Positions 20,581 to 31,607 of a stretch of DNA of 64,000 nt are shown one piece after another. Numbering within the stretch: position 1 is the stretch's first letter; every line of letters begins with the position of its first letter. Origin of the DNA: Promethearchaeota archaeon (GTDB lineage Archaea; Asgardarchaeota; Lokiarchaeia; Sigyniarchaeales; SOKP01); NCBI GenBank assembly GCA_019058365.1, contig JAHPZE010000006.1, positions 96,001-160,000 of the forward strand. Direction: 5' to 3'. Both the position numbers and the translations under genes were made by a program. Under the pieces are notes generated by a model. That model was not told the origin of the DNA, searched no databases, and saw only the letters and a program-made list of their open reading frames with translations.

Positions 20581-22851
20581 CTAATGTAAATTTTTACTTT
20601 CTTGTAGTTGATTAATTAAAATTTCATCAATTTGAGTAAATAATTGTTTGAGATATTCATTTATCTTTATTTGGATTTTAATCTTTGAATAAGTCTCTTT
20701 CTTTTTTTTATCAAAAGCTCCAATTGTCTGTTTCGTAATAGTTTGACCTTTTCGACCTAATTCAGCTAATTTCTGATGGATGGGGTTATTTTTATCAAAT
20801 TTTTTAATTGGAAATTCTAGCGGAAGTTTGAATATATGCCTTGAACTTCTTATTATATTTACTTGGTTTGTCATGAGATTGGAATTTAAAATAGCTGACA
20901 AATAAAAAGCTTCTTCAAGATCATTAGTATCATAGAAAGATAAATCCCCAGTAATCAAAAAATCTCCCTGTATTACAGCTGAATTCAGTATAGTGCCAGA
21001 ATTGTTATATACCACCTTAATTTTTGATAATTGTCTTTGATTTATCAATTTAGACCATCTATCTAAATTTTCTATCAAAGATTCATGTGTAGTTGTTTCT
21101 TTTTTGTATTTAATATATAATTGATTGATTTTATCATAGAATAATTTACCGAACTTGTCTATTTTCTCATACTCAAATTTTAAATCCGTTTTTGTAAGTG
21201 GTAAAAACACGTAATAATAATTATATACATAAAATTTGACTAATTCTGTACTTTTAAGTACATTAAAGATATATTTTGTTTCAATAGTTTCATTTTCAAA
21301 TTCTATTTTATTCCATGGGGCTTTAGCTCTTTTGAATATTCGCTTATCAGGAGTTATTTTCGATAAGGAATTATCAATACTGTTAAATTTTATAAATATT
21401 AGATTTCGCGGATTTAAATCGGCACCTTTATGAAATAAAGGTTTATAATAGCTTTCTTCTAATGGATAGAGGTGATTTAAGTTCTCTTGTGAGACAAGTT
21501 TTTTGGTATACATCTTTCCTGCTTTTTCTTCAATTAAATAAGGCAACAATAATTCTTCTCTTTCTAATTTCAATTCTACATCTTTAAAATACTCAATTGT
21601 TTCAATTTCATTCTTTAATGTAAAGTGATAACCTTTAATCTGCTCATTAGAATTTCGTTTTGGTGTTTTTGATTTCTGTCCAAATAAGCAAATAAAATCG
21701 ATATTAAATAAAGTTTCAATTTTTCTATCAAAAGTCCAAATTTTTATATTAAAAAATCCTTTAAAATTACGAAATCTAGAAGCGTGGGAGCCAGTAATGA
21801 CTCCTTTCGTCATTACAAAAAATATTTTCGCCCTTTCTTTCATAAATGTTTTGTTTGCTTTAGCAAAGAATAAAGTAGATATTTCTAGATTTAACAGATT
21901 CTTAGGAAGTGGTTTCAATTCTAATCTTTCAGATAGTGCCTTAACTTTATTTTGATACTCAGCAGTTTCTATATCACGATAGGTATACCACGGAGGGTTT
22001 CCTATTATCAAATCAAACTTTTTATTAAGATTATTCTCTTTTTGAAATAAAAAATCAAAAACATATAAATTTAAATTAATATCAGTGAATTTTTCTCTTA
22101 GCAGATAGAATAGGTTAATCTTTGATACATAAATTGAGATCGGATTTATATCATAACCATATATGTTATTTATTGCAGTGATTTTTCTCTCCATAGGCTT
22201 ATTTTGAGAAAGAATATGTTTTACTGCTTCCATTAAAAAATTTCCCGAACCACAACAAGGATCAAGGATAGATTCTCCAAAAGAATAGGCATCTCTAATC
22301 ATCTGTTTTACCAAGAATTGAGGAGTATAATATTCACCAGATTTATGTCTAATAAGCGGAGAAATTATGGTTTGAATTAAATAATCAAAAATGTATTCGG
22401 GATTAATTTCTAATTTGAAAAGATAATTAGAAATTTTTGAAATAAGATCATTAAAAATAGATAAATCTTCTTTTTCAGAAAGAGAGAATAATGGATCGAA
22501 ATACACCATTTCAAAAATATTAAGGTTTTTAAAATTGGATTTTAAATTATCTTCAAAATTTTTAAAATTCTTTAATGATAATTTATCTTGTGTTAGTAAT
22601 CTTTCATTGTTTAAAATATATTTTGAGATAAATAAGTGTCCTATGAAATAGATTAAAGCAAAAATAAGATATAATTGTATATCCACTTGTTTTTTGCCAT
22701 ATATATTCTCAAAATCTTCTAACCATACTCCAAACTCCAACTCATTTTGATATTCATGTTTTTTTAAAGAATTTTCCAAGTTTAATAATGTTTCATTTAT
22801 AAAATGAAAATCTAAATCTTTTTTATCACTTGGGCTTATTGATTTAGCCAA
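20581..22851 (-). CDS. N6-adenine DNA methyltransferase (N-6 MTase plus TRD), apparently orphan
   Basis: GEYYTP, DPCCGSG, GYDINP, GNPPW, AILNS; no recognisable nuclease motif. Confidence 0.88.
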   Translation of the reverse strand: MAKSISPSDKKDLDFHFINETLLNLENSLKKHEYQNELEFGVWLEDFENIYGKKQVDIQLYLIFALIYFIGHLFISKYILNNERLLTQDKLSLKNFKNFEDNLKSNFKNLNIFEMVYFDPLFSLSEKEDLSIFNDLISKISNYLFKLEINPEYIFDYLIQTIISPLIRHKSGEYYTPQFLVKQMIRDAYSFGESILDPCCGSGNFLMEAVKHILSQNKPMERKITAINNIYGYDINPISIYVSKINLFYLLREKFTDINLNLYVFDFLFQKENNLNKKFDLIIGNPPWYTYRDIETAEYQNKVKALSERLELKPLPKNLLNLEISTLFFAKANKTFMKERAKIFFVMTKGVITGSHASRFRNFKGFFNIKIWTFDRKIETLFNIDFICLFGQKSKTPKRNSNEQIKGYHFTLKNEIETIEYFKDVELKLEREELLLPYLIEEKAGKMYTKKLVSQENLNHLYPLEESYYKPLFHKGADLNPRNLIFIKFNSIDNSLSKITPDKRIFKRAKAPWNKIEFENETIETKYIFNVLKSTELVKFYVYNYYYVFLPLTKTDLKFEYEKIDKFGKLFYDKINQLYIKYKKETTTHESLIENLDRWSKLINQRQLSKIKVVYNNSGTILNSAVIQGDFLITGDLSFYDTNDLEEAFYLSAILNSNLMTNQVNIIRSSRHIFKLPLEFPIKKFDKNNPIHQKLAELGRKGQTITKQTIGAFDKKKKETYSKIKIQIKINEYLKQLFTQIDEILINQLQESKNLH

Positions 22852-22960
22852 AAATTTAAACTCCTTTTTGTTTGTTGCCTAATATATTCAATGAAGTAAT
22901 ACTTAAATATTAATTAAATACATGTATATTATTTATTAATCTAAAATTTAAGAGATATTT

Positions 22961-23560
22961 TTGGTTTTGACTTCAACAGAGATAAAAATTTCTAGAATTC
23001 TCGAAAATGGAATTGAATTCTCTTGCCAAATGTGTGGTAAATGTTGTAGAGGGTTCAATGATGGTGAAGTCTATTTATATAAAGATGATATACTTAAATT
23101 AGCGGATTTTTTAAAAATCAATGGAAAAAAAGGCTTAAGAGATTTCGCAAAAAAATATCTAAAAGTAGTAGATGATAGCTTTTTCTGGAAAGAACCTGGA
23201 GCTGAAAAAGGTAAAACTTATCGATATAAAAACCTTGGATTTAAATTTACTGGAGGAGATGAGCAGTGTCATTTCTTAAGAGGAAATAAGTGTAGTGTTC
23301 ATACAGCTCGACCCTTCCAATGTAGATCATTTCCTTTTTGGCAAATGATGGTCTCTAGTAAAAAGAATTTTGAAGATTATACTAAGAAATGCAAGGGTCT
23401 ACAAGTTTTAAAAGGAAAATTTTATACAAAGGAGGAAATTTTAAATTGGGCACAAGAGGAATATGAAATAGAAAAGAAATACTTTTTAGAAATGAAAAAG
23501 AATAATTTTAACATCATGAAAGTACATCCCTATTTATCTAAAGAAATGCTTCAGGAGTAA
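22961..23560 (+). CDS. YkgJ/CxxCxxCC family metal-binding protein
   Basis: FSCQMCGKCC, CHFL, CSVHTARPFQCRSFPFW, CKG. Confidence 0.9.
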   Translation: MVLTSTEIKISRILENGIEFSCQMCGKCCRGFNDGEVYLYKDDILKLADFLKINGKKGLRDFAKKYLKVVDDSFFWKEPGAEKGKTYRYKNLGFKFTGGDEQCHFLRGNKCSVHTARPFQCRSFPFWQMMVSSKKNFEDYTKKCKGLQVLKGKFYTKEEILNWAQEEYEIEKKYFLEMKKNNFNIMKVHPYLSKEMLQE

Positions 23561-23568
23561 AATGAAAC

Positions 23569-23964
23569 ATGCCAAAAGGATTAATATTCATAAAATATGA
23601 TGAGCGGAGCGGTATGGAGATTAAAGCAAAATATCCAGAGAAAAAGTTTAAAATTACTGATAAAACCCTAATGCAAATTCTAAATTTACATGAATTTAGT
23701 AAACAAGCAGGGATTGTGAGTTTAACTTTAGAAAATATCAATTTTGTGACTTATTATTCTGGTTCAGATACAGATTATTTCTTTATATTGATGTTAACCA
23801 TGCTTGAAAATCCTGAAGATTACGAAGAAATCTTAGAAGAAGTCTCTCAGATCATTTTAAAAAACTTAGAAAAGAAAAGATATTTGAAACTTCTTCCTTC
23901 ACTCTTTAATAAAATTATGGATTATCCTAAATTAAGCAAGGATGGTCTAGATGAACAAATCTAA
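23569..23964 (+). CDS. Stand-alone longin-like domain protein
   Basis: GLIFIKYDERSGMEIKAKYP start, a beta-strand run (NFVTYYSG..YFFILML) and C-terminal helices; longin-sized (131 aa). Confidence 0.55.
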   Translation: MPKGLIFIKYDERSGMEIKAKYPEKKFKITDKTLMQILNLHEFSKQAGIVSLTLENINFVTYYSGSDTDYFFILMLTMLENPEDYEEILEEVSQIILKNLEKKRYLKLLPSLFNKIMDYPKLSKDGLDEQI

Positions 23965-24068
23965 TATTTTTCAAAAATTTAAATCAGTTCTCAATCAATA
24001 TATTTAAATTAATTCTATTAAATTGATTTTGTAAAAATAAAAAAAAAAAGGTTATTTTAAAGTTAAGT

Positions 24069-24803
24069 TTAGAAGTCTAAGATTAGTAAAAGAAAAGCAA
24101 TTAAGAGCAAACGGCCACTCCATCCCACTATTACTACATTTGTTCCACCAAAAGCTAACCATCCCGCCATGATTCCTGCAGAACCTGCTACCCACGTAAA
24201 GAATACAAAGCCAATTATTAACAGAACCCACCATTCATAGGGTATTTTAATATCAACGAAATCAAAAATGATGATAATTAGAACAATTGCTAAGATTAAT
24301 CCAAAAACAGCATTTAAGGAAAAACTGGCAGGTACTGGCTTAGGAAGATAATCACCAAAACCCATGAAAATTATAATGCAATCGTAGATCCCAAAAGCAG
24401 CACCTAGGAGTGCTATCATCTTAGATGCTTTCCATCCTTTCTTTTCACCAAGGAGATCTATTAATGCTGCCATTGTAACAATTGTTCCAGCAAACCATGA
24501 AGCAGTCACCGCAGGATAATCAGCATTAAAAAAACCAAAAAGGATTGTAACTATACCAATGATAAGCAGAAGCCACCATGTAAATGGAAGCTTAATTGGT
24601 ATTAACTTCCAGTAATTTAAGCCAAGAAAGATAACAATAGCAAATACAAGTTCTATTATTCCAAAAAGAACATATAATTCTGTACCTGTCCCGGCAGCGT
24701 AAAAGTAGGTTATAGCATCAGCACCTAAAAAAAGCATTCCTATAAAAGCAAGTAATTTTACAGCAGTAAGATCTTTTTCTTCACTTATAGCCATTTTATT
24801 CAC
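24069..24803 (-). CDS. Membrane protein with an internal duplication (2 x ~4 TM)
   Basis: Repeated IKLPFTWWLLLIIG / IKIPYEWWVLLIIG and LLAFIG / MIALLG. Confidence 0.75.
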   Translation of the reverse strand: MNKMAISEEKDLTAVKLLAFIGMLFLGADAITYFYAAGTGTELYVLFGIIELVFAIVIFLGLNYWKLIPIKLPFTWWLLLIIGIVTILFGFFNADYPAVTASWFAGTIVTMAALIDLLGEKKGWKASKMIALLGAAFGIYDCIIIFMGFGDYLPKPVPASFSLNAVFGLILAIVLIIIIFDFVDIKIPYEWWVLLIIGFVFFTWVAGSAGIMAGWLAFGGTNVVIVGWSGRLLLIAFLLLILDF

Positions 24804-25164
24804 TTATGTTTTTTTTATTTAATATTTTATTCCATATTGGAATCAGAATTAAATTATTTTACCCAATTTAAAAGGTTTTACATATCTTTTATTATATGCT
24901 TAATAGCATTATACATTCAAGAATGAAAAATAGAATAATTTTTGTGAATACTTCAAAAATTTGAAACTATTTATTTTGATACGGACTTGAATTTCTCACA
25001 GAACCATAATTGAAGATATTTGTTTTAAGTAGATGATTATTAATTATTTTAAATTTGTAATATTACAACCTATGTTTCCAAAAATAATATCAATAGTTAT
25101 TAAAAAATCGACTTTATATTAATTAAGGTTTAATAAAGATATTTTATTAGAGAGTAGGATAAAA

Positions 25165-27555
25165 TTGAAGATCGGGCTATTTATATGTGATTGTGGTAAA
25201 AATATTAGTGGCGTTATCGATAATGATAGGTTAATTAAACATTTTGAGAAATATCCTAATTTATATGTGTTTAGAGACCAGTATTTATGTTCAGAATTAG
25301 GTTTAAACAAAATTATTAATGAAATACGAGAAAACAAAGTCGATCGGGTTGTTATTGCTTCTTGTTCGTTTAAATTACATGGATTATTGTTTCGCAAAAC
25401 CATTGAAAAAGCAGGAATTAATCGCTTTTTAATATCATTTGCTAATGTGCGTGAACAAAATTCATGGGTTCATTATAATGAGCCAGAAAAAGCAACAAGA
25501 AAAGCAATCGATCAAATAAGTATGGCGATAGAACGAGTCAAACTTTTAGAGCCGTTAGAAGTTCAATATTCAAATATAACACCTTCAAGTTTAATTATCG
25601 GAGGAGGAATTGCCGGAATAAAAGCTGCATTAGCAATTGCGGATACAGGAATTAAGGTATATTTGGTTGAAAAAGAGCCTACAATTGGGGGTCACATGGC
25701 GCTATTTGATAAAACATTTCCTACTTTAGATTGTAGCATATGTATTTTAGGGCCATTAATGACTGAGGTTAAGGATCATCCTAATATTAAATTACTTACT
25801 TACTCCACAGTAGAAAGTGTTGATGGTTATATTGGAAATTTTGAAGTAAAAATAAAGAAAAACCCTCGATTTATAAAAGAAGATGATTGTGTAGGATGTA
25901 TTGATATCTGTCGAGAAGTGTGTCCAATAGACATAGAAGAAACATTTTTTCCAAGGAAAGCTATAGATGTTCCTTATCCTCAAGCAATCCCTTTATTCCC
26001 AAATATTTTAGAGAAATATTGTATTGGTTGTAAAGCCTGTGCTCAAGCTTGCGATAGAGATGCCATCGATTTTGACCAAAAGCCTGAAACCATAAAAATA
26101 ACCGTAGGTTCAATTATAATCGCAACTGGTTTGAAGCCATTTGATCCTTCTGTCTTAGGAGAATTTAGTTATGAGAAATATCCCGATGTAATAACTTCAA
26201 TGCAAATGGAACGGTTACTTAATAATGATGGCCCAACTCACGGAAAAGTTGTAAAACCCTCTAATGGTCAAGTTCCTAAAAAGGTTTCTTTTATATTATG
26301 TGTTGGTTCACGCAATAAAAAAATCCATCATGATTATTGTAGTCAAGTTTGTTGTAATGTAGCAATTAAACAAGCAGTATTATTAAAAAATGAGAATCCG
26401 GACATAAAGATTAATATTTACTATACAGATATTAGAGCTATGGGCAAAAATTGTGAGGAATTCTACAACAGAGCACGTGAAGCTTTTGGAGTGCGCTTCA
26501 TAAAAAGTAATATTTCAGCGGTTTTAAAAAGTGATACTTCAGATGATTTAATTGTCCGTGGTGAAGATATCATTGAAGGATCTCTTTTCGAAAATAAGAC
26601 AGATTTAGTAGTATTAGCAGTGGGTATAGAACCCGCAGAAGGTACAGATGAGTTAAGCAAAATATTAAATATTTCCCAAGATCCTTATGGTTTTTTATTA
26701 GAGAAACATTTAAAAGTTAAACCTTCAGAAACACTTGTAAGTGGAATATACATAGCTGGAGCAATCCAAGGGCCTAAAGATATACCAAATAGTATTGCTC
26801 AAGCAGAAAGTGCAGCCTCTAAAGCGATAGGTTTAATAACGCGTGGTAAAGTAGAGTTGGATCCTCACGTTGTTTATCTTAATAAAGAAAAATGTGATTT
26901 ATGTAGACTCTGTGAAAATATATGTGAATATAATGCTTTAAAAATCGAAAATAATCAATTAAAGATTATTCAAGCTAATTGTTCTGGGTGTGGTGCATGT
27001 ATAGCAATGTGCCCATATGATGCGCTCTATATTCCAGGATTTCGAAGAGATCAAATTTCAGCACAATTAAAATCGGTTCTTAGTGAAAAAAAAGAATTTC
27101 CGTTAATTATTTCATTTCTATGCAACTGGTGTTCTTATATAGGAGCAGATCTTGCTGGAACAAGCAAAATAGTTTACCCAACAAATAATAGAACTATTCA
27201 TGTGATGTGTACAGCAATGCTCAATCCATCACTAATTTTCGAGAGCTTCTTTTATGGTGCTGATGGAGTACTAATTGCGGGGTGTCATCCGCAAGATTGT
27301 CACTACGATACTGGATTCATTAAAGCTAAAGATAGATTTGAGAGTATTAAAGAAATGTTGGCTGAAGCAAATATTAATGAAAATCGTGTTAAAATTGTAA
27401 GTATCTCAGCTGGAGAAGGGGAGAAATTTGCTAAAGTAATAAAGCAATTTAAAGAGGACCTAGAAAAACTGGGTCCAATTCATCCCGGTGAATATTTAAA
27501 ACCTTCTAAGGTAAAAAAACAAGTAAAAGATAAAGCTAAGCTTGATGAAATTTAA
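25165..27555 (+). CDS. hdrA: HdrA-MvhD fusion (flavin-based electron-bifurcating subunit)
   Basis: GLFICDCG, ASCS, IGGGIAG, DKTFPTLDCSICI, CVGSR, CSQVCC, QGPKDIP, ferredoxin motifs; C-terminal MvhD (FLCNWCSY, VMC, GCHPQDCHY). Confidence 0.95.
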   Translation: MKIGLFICDCGKNISGVIDNDRLIKHFEKYPNLYVFRDQYLCSELGLNKIINEIRENKVDRVVIASCSFKLHGLLFRKTIEKAGINRFLISFANVREQNSWVHYNEPEKATRKAIDQISMAIERVKLLEPLEVQYSNITPSSLIIGGGIAGIKAALAIADTGIKVYLVEKEPTIGGHMALFDKTFPTLDCSICILGPLMTEVKDHPNIKLLTYSTVESVDGYIGNFEVKIKKNPRFIKEDDCVGCIDICREVCPIDIEETFFPRKAIDVPYPQAIPLFPNILEKYCIGCKACAQACDRDAIDFDQKPETIKITVGSIIIATGLKPFDPSVLGEFSYEKYPDVITSMQMERLLNNDGPTHGKVVKPSNGQVPKKVSFILCVGSRNKKIHHDYCSQVCCNVAIKQAVLLKNENPDIKINIYYTDIRAMGKNCEEFYNRAREAFGVRFIKSNISAVLKSDTSDDLIVRGEDIIEGSLFENKTDLVVLAVGIEPAEGTDELSKILNISQDPYGFLLEKHLKVKPSETLVSGIYIAGAIQGPKDIPNSIAQAESAASKAIGLITRGKVELDPHVVYLNKEKCDLCRLCENICEYNALKIENNQLKIIQANCSGCGACIAMCPYDALYIPGFRRDQISAQLKSVLSEKKEFPLIISFLCNWCSYIGADLAGTSKIVYPTNNRTIHVMCTAMLNPSLIFESFFYGADGVLIAGCHPQDCHYDTGFIKAKDRFESIKEMLAEANINENRVKIVSISAGEGEKFAKVIKQFKEDLEKLGPIHPGEYLKPSKVKKQVKDKAKLDEI

Positions 27556-27712
27556 AAAGCATTTCTAAGGTGATTGAAATAATTATCAATTTCCTTAAGA
27601 ATAAATGTTAATTTTTTATTAATAGCTCTCTTATAATCTTTATTAACAGATTTTTTTATTATATTATATATTACGATTTTTAATTTTGAAAATGTAATGT
27701 AACGGGTTAAAT

Positions 27713-28999
27713 ATGAGAATTCGTGCTGTAACCTTAGGTCAAATCATCCCATTCTTATATAAGAATGAATCAATATTGTCATTTTTACAAGATAGACTAG
27801 TGAACTTTTCCAATTTTACTAATGAATTTAAGAGTATGCTAAAAGAAATTGATATAGAAGTTGAGACAAAAAGATTTTGTTCTCAACCACTTTTTAGTTA
27901 TGATAATAAATTATTTTATGAAAAAAACCTAAGAGAAACATTAGTAGACATAAATAACCAATTAGGATTTTTACAAGATCTGTTTAAGGATTATGAATTT
28001 GATTATTTTGCCTGCTGCATGATGAAAGCAGATCAAATTGAGGAATTAGGAATTTTTGAGAAACTTTTATTAAATGAAGTTCCTCAATTTATTAAAAATC
28101 ACAGAAAATTTTTTACATCTTTACCAGTCGCGTCAACTGAAAAAGGAATAAATATAGCTGCTTTAAAATCAGGTGCAAAAATAATAAAAGAATTATCTGA
28201 ACCAGATCCTTTTAATAATTTACAATTTTGTGTATCTGCTAATGTTGGTTCAAACATTCCATTCTTTCCTGCGGCTTACCACCTTTCAGAAAAACCTGCC
28301 TTTTCTTTAGCCTTAGAAATGGCAGATGAGGTAATAAACGCTATTGAAGAATCAGATACATTAAAAGAAGCCCAACTTAATTTATTAGCAAAATTTAATG
28401 ATATATATGATAATCTGACAAAAATTGCTGAAAAAGTTAGCAGGAACTACAATATTGAATTTAAAGGAATAGATTTCTCTCCAGCTCCTTATCCTATGAT
28501 TGATAAGAGCATTGGAACTGCTATTGAAAAATTAGGAATTGAGTATTTTGGAGCTAATGGAACATTAACAGGGGTAGCTTTAATAAAAAATTCTATTCCT
28601 ATTAATAAAGAGAAGGTAATTGGTTTTTCTGGGTTCATGCAACCAGTTTTAGAAGATTTTATTTTATCAAAAAGATTATCTGAAAACAAATTTAATTTAG
28701 ATTCGCTCTTATTATATTCTACTATGTGTGGAGCGGGTCTTGACGTAGTCCCACTCCCTGGAGATATAACAGAACGCGAATTATTTTACATTTTACTCGA
28801 TGTTTGTACGATATCTGTAATATTAAATAAACCTTTAACTTGTAGACTTATGCCAATTCCAGGTAAAAGTTCTGGTGACGATGTTGAGTTTGATTTTGAA
28901 TATTTTGCTCCTTCAAAAATAATTGATTTTAAAAGGTTAGTTACTGAGAATAAAAATGATTTATTCAATCGAAATGAGAAAACTTTAAAATTTCTTTAA
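27713..28999 (+). CDS. DUF711 family protein
   Basis: MRIRAVT, PFFPAAY, GIDFSPAP, GFSGFMQPVLED, CGAGLDVVPLPGD, KPLTCRLMP. Confidence 0.85.
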   Translation: MRIRAVTLGQIIPFLYKNESILSFLQDRLVNFSNFTNEFKSMLKEIDIEVETKRFCSQPLFSYDNKLFYEKNLRETLVDINNQLGFLQDLFKDYEFDYFACCMMKADQIEELGIFEKLLLNEVPQFIKNHRKFFTSLPVASTEKGINIAALKSGAKIIKELSEPDPFNNLQFCVSANVGSNIPFFPAAYHLSEKPAFSLALEMADEVINAIEESDTLKEAQLNLLAKFNDIYDNLTKIAEKVSRNYNIEFKGIDFSPAPYPMIDKSIGTAIEKLGIEYFGANGTLTGVALIKNSIPINKEKVIGFSGFMQPVLEDFILSKRLSENKFNLDSLLLYSTMCGAGLDVVPLPGDITERELFYILLDVCTISVILNKPLTCRLMPIPGKSSGDDVEFDFEYFAPSKIIDFKRLVTENKNDLFNRNEKTLKFL

Positions 29000-29069
29000 T
29001 AAAATTTTTTAGAGAGCGTTTCTAGTTATCTTTTTGAAAAGCCTCAAAAATTATACTTGCATTATTTTT

Positions 29070-29525
29070 ATGAGTGAAAAGAAGGAAAAAAAACCATTGC
29101 GATTTTTTAATGAAGCTGTCGAATATATTGAGAAATTCGATACACAAGGAATTTTAATCGAAGAGAGTAGAGTTCCTTTAGAAATTAGAAATTATAACTC
29201 AAATTTTTTAAGAGATGAAATGATAAATGAATTAAATAATCTGAGAGATCTCATTCGAAATAATCCAGATTTAAAAATTGAGAAGTTATCCAAAGAAGAG
29301 CGCGATATCTTCTATAGTTTCATTAAATTTGCAAGTGTTTGTCCAGTTTGCGGAAATTCAAATCATTTCTTCAATTTAAAACGACTATTTTTTGATGAAG
29401 AAAAGAAATTTTTAGTAAAAGAATTGTTAAGATTAATGACTTTAAATAGCAGAAAATTAAAAAAGTTTAACTTACAGCTAGGTATTCCTTGCTGTAATTG
29501 TTACAAGAACTTTTTTGAGGAATAA
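29070..29525 (+). CDS. Hypothetical zinc-finger protein
   Basis: CPVC ... CCNC. ATG at 29070 preferred over the upstream TTG at 29034. Confidence 0.65.
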   Translation: MSEKKEKKPLRFFNEAVEYIEKFDTQGILIEESRVPLEIRNYNSNFLRDEMINELNNLRDLIRNNPDLKIEKLSKEERDIFYSFIKFASVCPVCGNSNHFFNLKRLFFDEEKKFLVKELLRLMTLNSRKLKKFNLQLGIPCCNCYKNFFEE

Positions 29526-29543
29526 ATTAGAATTTAGTGTTTT

Positions 29544-29882
29544 TCATTTTAAATAATCTACCACTTTGCCACCTTGAGTGATTTCATAAACAATCTCATC
29601 TGTTTTTTCATTATTTTCAGACTTAATACAAAAAGCTTTAATCAAAAAATCCATATTATAGTTAAACATATGCTCATCTTCGAGAATATTACGTTCAATT
29701 AAAATTTGTAACAAAGTGCTTTTTGAAACTTGTTTTAAATCGTTTACTATATTTAAAATTTCTCGGCGAATAGGATTATTGACAGCTCTTAGATACAGAT
29801 CATGCAAATATTTGGTTCCTTCAAGTGATTTACTAAATTCTTCCATCGTTTTATAATTCTTGAAATCGAACTCATCAGGCAT
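29544..29882 (-). CDS. Winged-helix (ArsR-like) protein
   Basis: AVNNPIRREILNI ... YEITQGGK. Confidence 0.75.
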   Translation of the reverse strand: MPDEFDFKNYKTMEEFSKSLEGTKYLHDLYLRAVNNPIRREILNIVNDLKQVSKSTLLQILIERNILEDEHMFNYNMDFLIKAFCIKSENNEKTDEIVYEITQGGKVVDYLK

Positions 29883-30022
29883 ATTTCAATAAAACAAACA
29901 AGAAAGAAAAATCTTTTGTCTATAATAATAAAACTAATTATACCTTGAAATATAAAGGGACTTTAAATATTTGGATTTAAAGTAAGTAATTGAAAATAAT
30001 ACTTTTTAAAAAGTGAAAAAAA

Positions 30023-30307
30023 TTGGAAAAAATTAAAATAACACACAGCCCAAAAATAGAAACTATTAATACGAACGAGAAAGTTGGGGAAAAAATTGAT
30101 AGCTTATGGACTGAAAATACATATATTAATAAAAATTTAAAATATGAATCTAAGAAACTGATAATAAAACTAGAAACTAATGGAAAGGAGAAACGAAAGA
30201 TATTACTAAAACTTGAAAGCGGGAGCCCTAAAGTTCACTCAAGTAATTATAATCTTATTTCAGAATTATTGAAAGAATTTTTTAACAGTGCAAACAATTT
30301 TGAATAA
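30023..30307 (+). CDS. Hypothetical protein
   Basis: ORF only. Confidence 0.45.
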   Translation: MEKIKITHSPKIETINTNEKVGEKIDSLWTENTYINKNLKYESKKLIIKLETNGKEKRKILLKLESGSPKVHSSNYNLISELLKEFFNSANNFE

Positions 30308-30432
30308 ATAATTAAAAGTGTTTTTTCAAATTCTTCCCTTCGAAAACTTTTTTATTATAGAAATTAAAAGTAAAATATTTTATTGTAGGTCACCTATTTC
30401 TTCATTAAATTTAATCTAAAAGTAAATTTGAT

Positions 30433-31503
30433 GTGGAAAAAATGAATTTTGAAGAAATTAAAAAGTTATTAGGTTCAGATGCCGATACTTTACTGAATCA
30501 TGTATGTACCGGAATTCCAAAAGAAAAGATTTATCCTCCGGGACCCGATTTTGTAGAACGAGTTTTTGAACATTCAGATAGAAATAATCTTGTATTAAAT
30601 AATATGGAACGCTTATATAATCAGATTGGTAGATTATCAGGAACTGGTTATCTCTCAGTATTACCCGTTGATCAAGGAATTGAGCATTCTGCCTCAGCTA
30701 GTTTTGCTGTGAATCCTTCATATTTTGATCCTGAAAATATTATCAAACTCGCGATCAATGGAGGTTGTAATGCTGTTGCTTCTACTCTTGGTGTGTTAGG
30801 TTCTGTGGCAAGAAGATATGCTCATAAAATTCCATTTATAGTGAAAATCAATCACAATGAATTACTCACAAAACCCGCACTTTCAGATCAAACTCTTTTT
30901 GCGAATGTAGAACAAGCATTTGATATGGGGGCAGCTGCAATAGGAGCAACAATATATTTTGGTTCTTATGAATCTAGGCGTCAGATTCAAGAAATTAGTG
31001 AATCATTTAGATTTGCTCATGATTTAGGATTAGTCTGCGTTCTTTGGTGTTATTTAAGAAATCAAGGAGAGTTTATTAAAAATGGAAAAGATTATCATAC
31101 AGCAAATGATTTGGAAAGCCAAGCTAATTATCTCGGGGTTACTATTGAAGCAGATATCATAAAGCAAAAACTGTCTACTCTTAATAGAGGATTCCTTGAT
31201 CTAAACTTTGGTAAGACAGATAAACTGGTTTATGAAAAACTGGCTCCAGATAATCCAATTGATTGGAATAGATATCAGGTCGCAAATTGCTATATGGGAA
31301 GAATAGGATTAATAAATTCTGGTGGAGAAGCTGGTGGCAATGATCTTCAAGATGCTGTCACTGCTGCAGTGATTAATAAACGTTCAGGGGGTATGGGCTT
31401 AATTTTAGGACGGAAAGCATTTAAAAGACCAACTCCTGAAGGTATTAAAATTCTTAATGCCGTACAAGATGTTTATTTATGTCAAGATATTACTATTGCC
31501 TAA
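30433..31503 (+). CDS. fbaB: Class I fructose-bisphosphate aldolase (DhnA/FbaB type)
   Basis: [31 protein letters not shown] (Schiff-base Lys), NSGG, GRKAF. Confidence 0.93.
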   Translation: MEKMNFEEIKKLLGSDADTLLNHVCTGIPKEKIYPPGPDFVERVFEHSDRNNLVLNNMERLYNQIGRLSGTGYLSVLPVDQGIEHSASASFAVNPSYFDPENIIKLAINGGCNAVASTLGVLGSVARRYAHKIPFIVKINHNELLTKPALSDQTLFANVEQAFDMGAAAIGATIYFGSYESRRQIQEISESFRFAHDLGLVCVLWCYLRNQGEFIKNGKDYHTANDLESQANYLGVTIEADIIKQKLSTLNRGFLDLNFGKTDKLVYEKLAPDNPIDWNRYQVANCYMGRIGLINSGGEAGGNDLQDAVTAAVINKRSGGMGLILGRKAFKRPTPEGIKILNAVQDVYLCQDITIA

Positions 31504-31607
31504 AATTTTTTTTATCACTTTTTTTTTCTTATTCTTTAATTAAATTAAAATTAAAAATAAAAACAACATTATTCATAATAAAGAATTAATTTTTACTTAA
31601 GATAACA

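Noticed and set aside
20581-22851. Complete restriction-modification or BREX/DISARM defence system
   Set aside because: No restriction, specificity, helicase or other defence genes are adjacent.
25165-27555. Selenoprotein HdrA/MvhD with SECIS
   Set aside because: The ORF has no in-frame TGA and the candidate positions are Cys.
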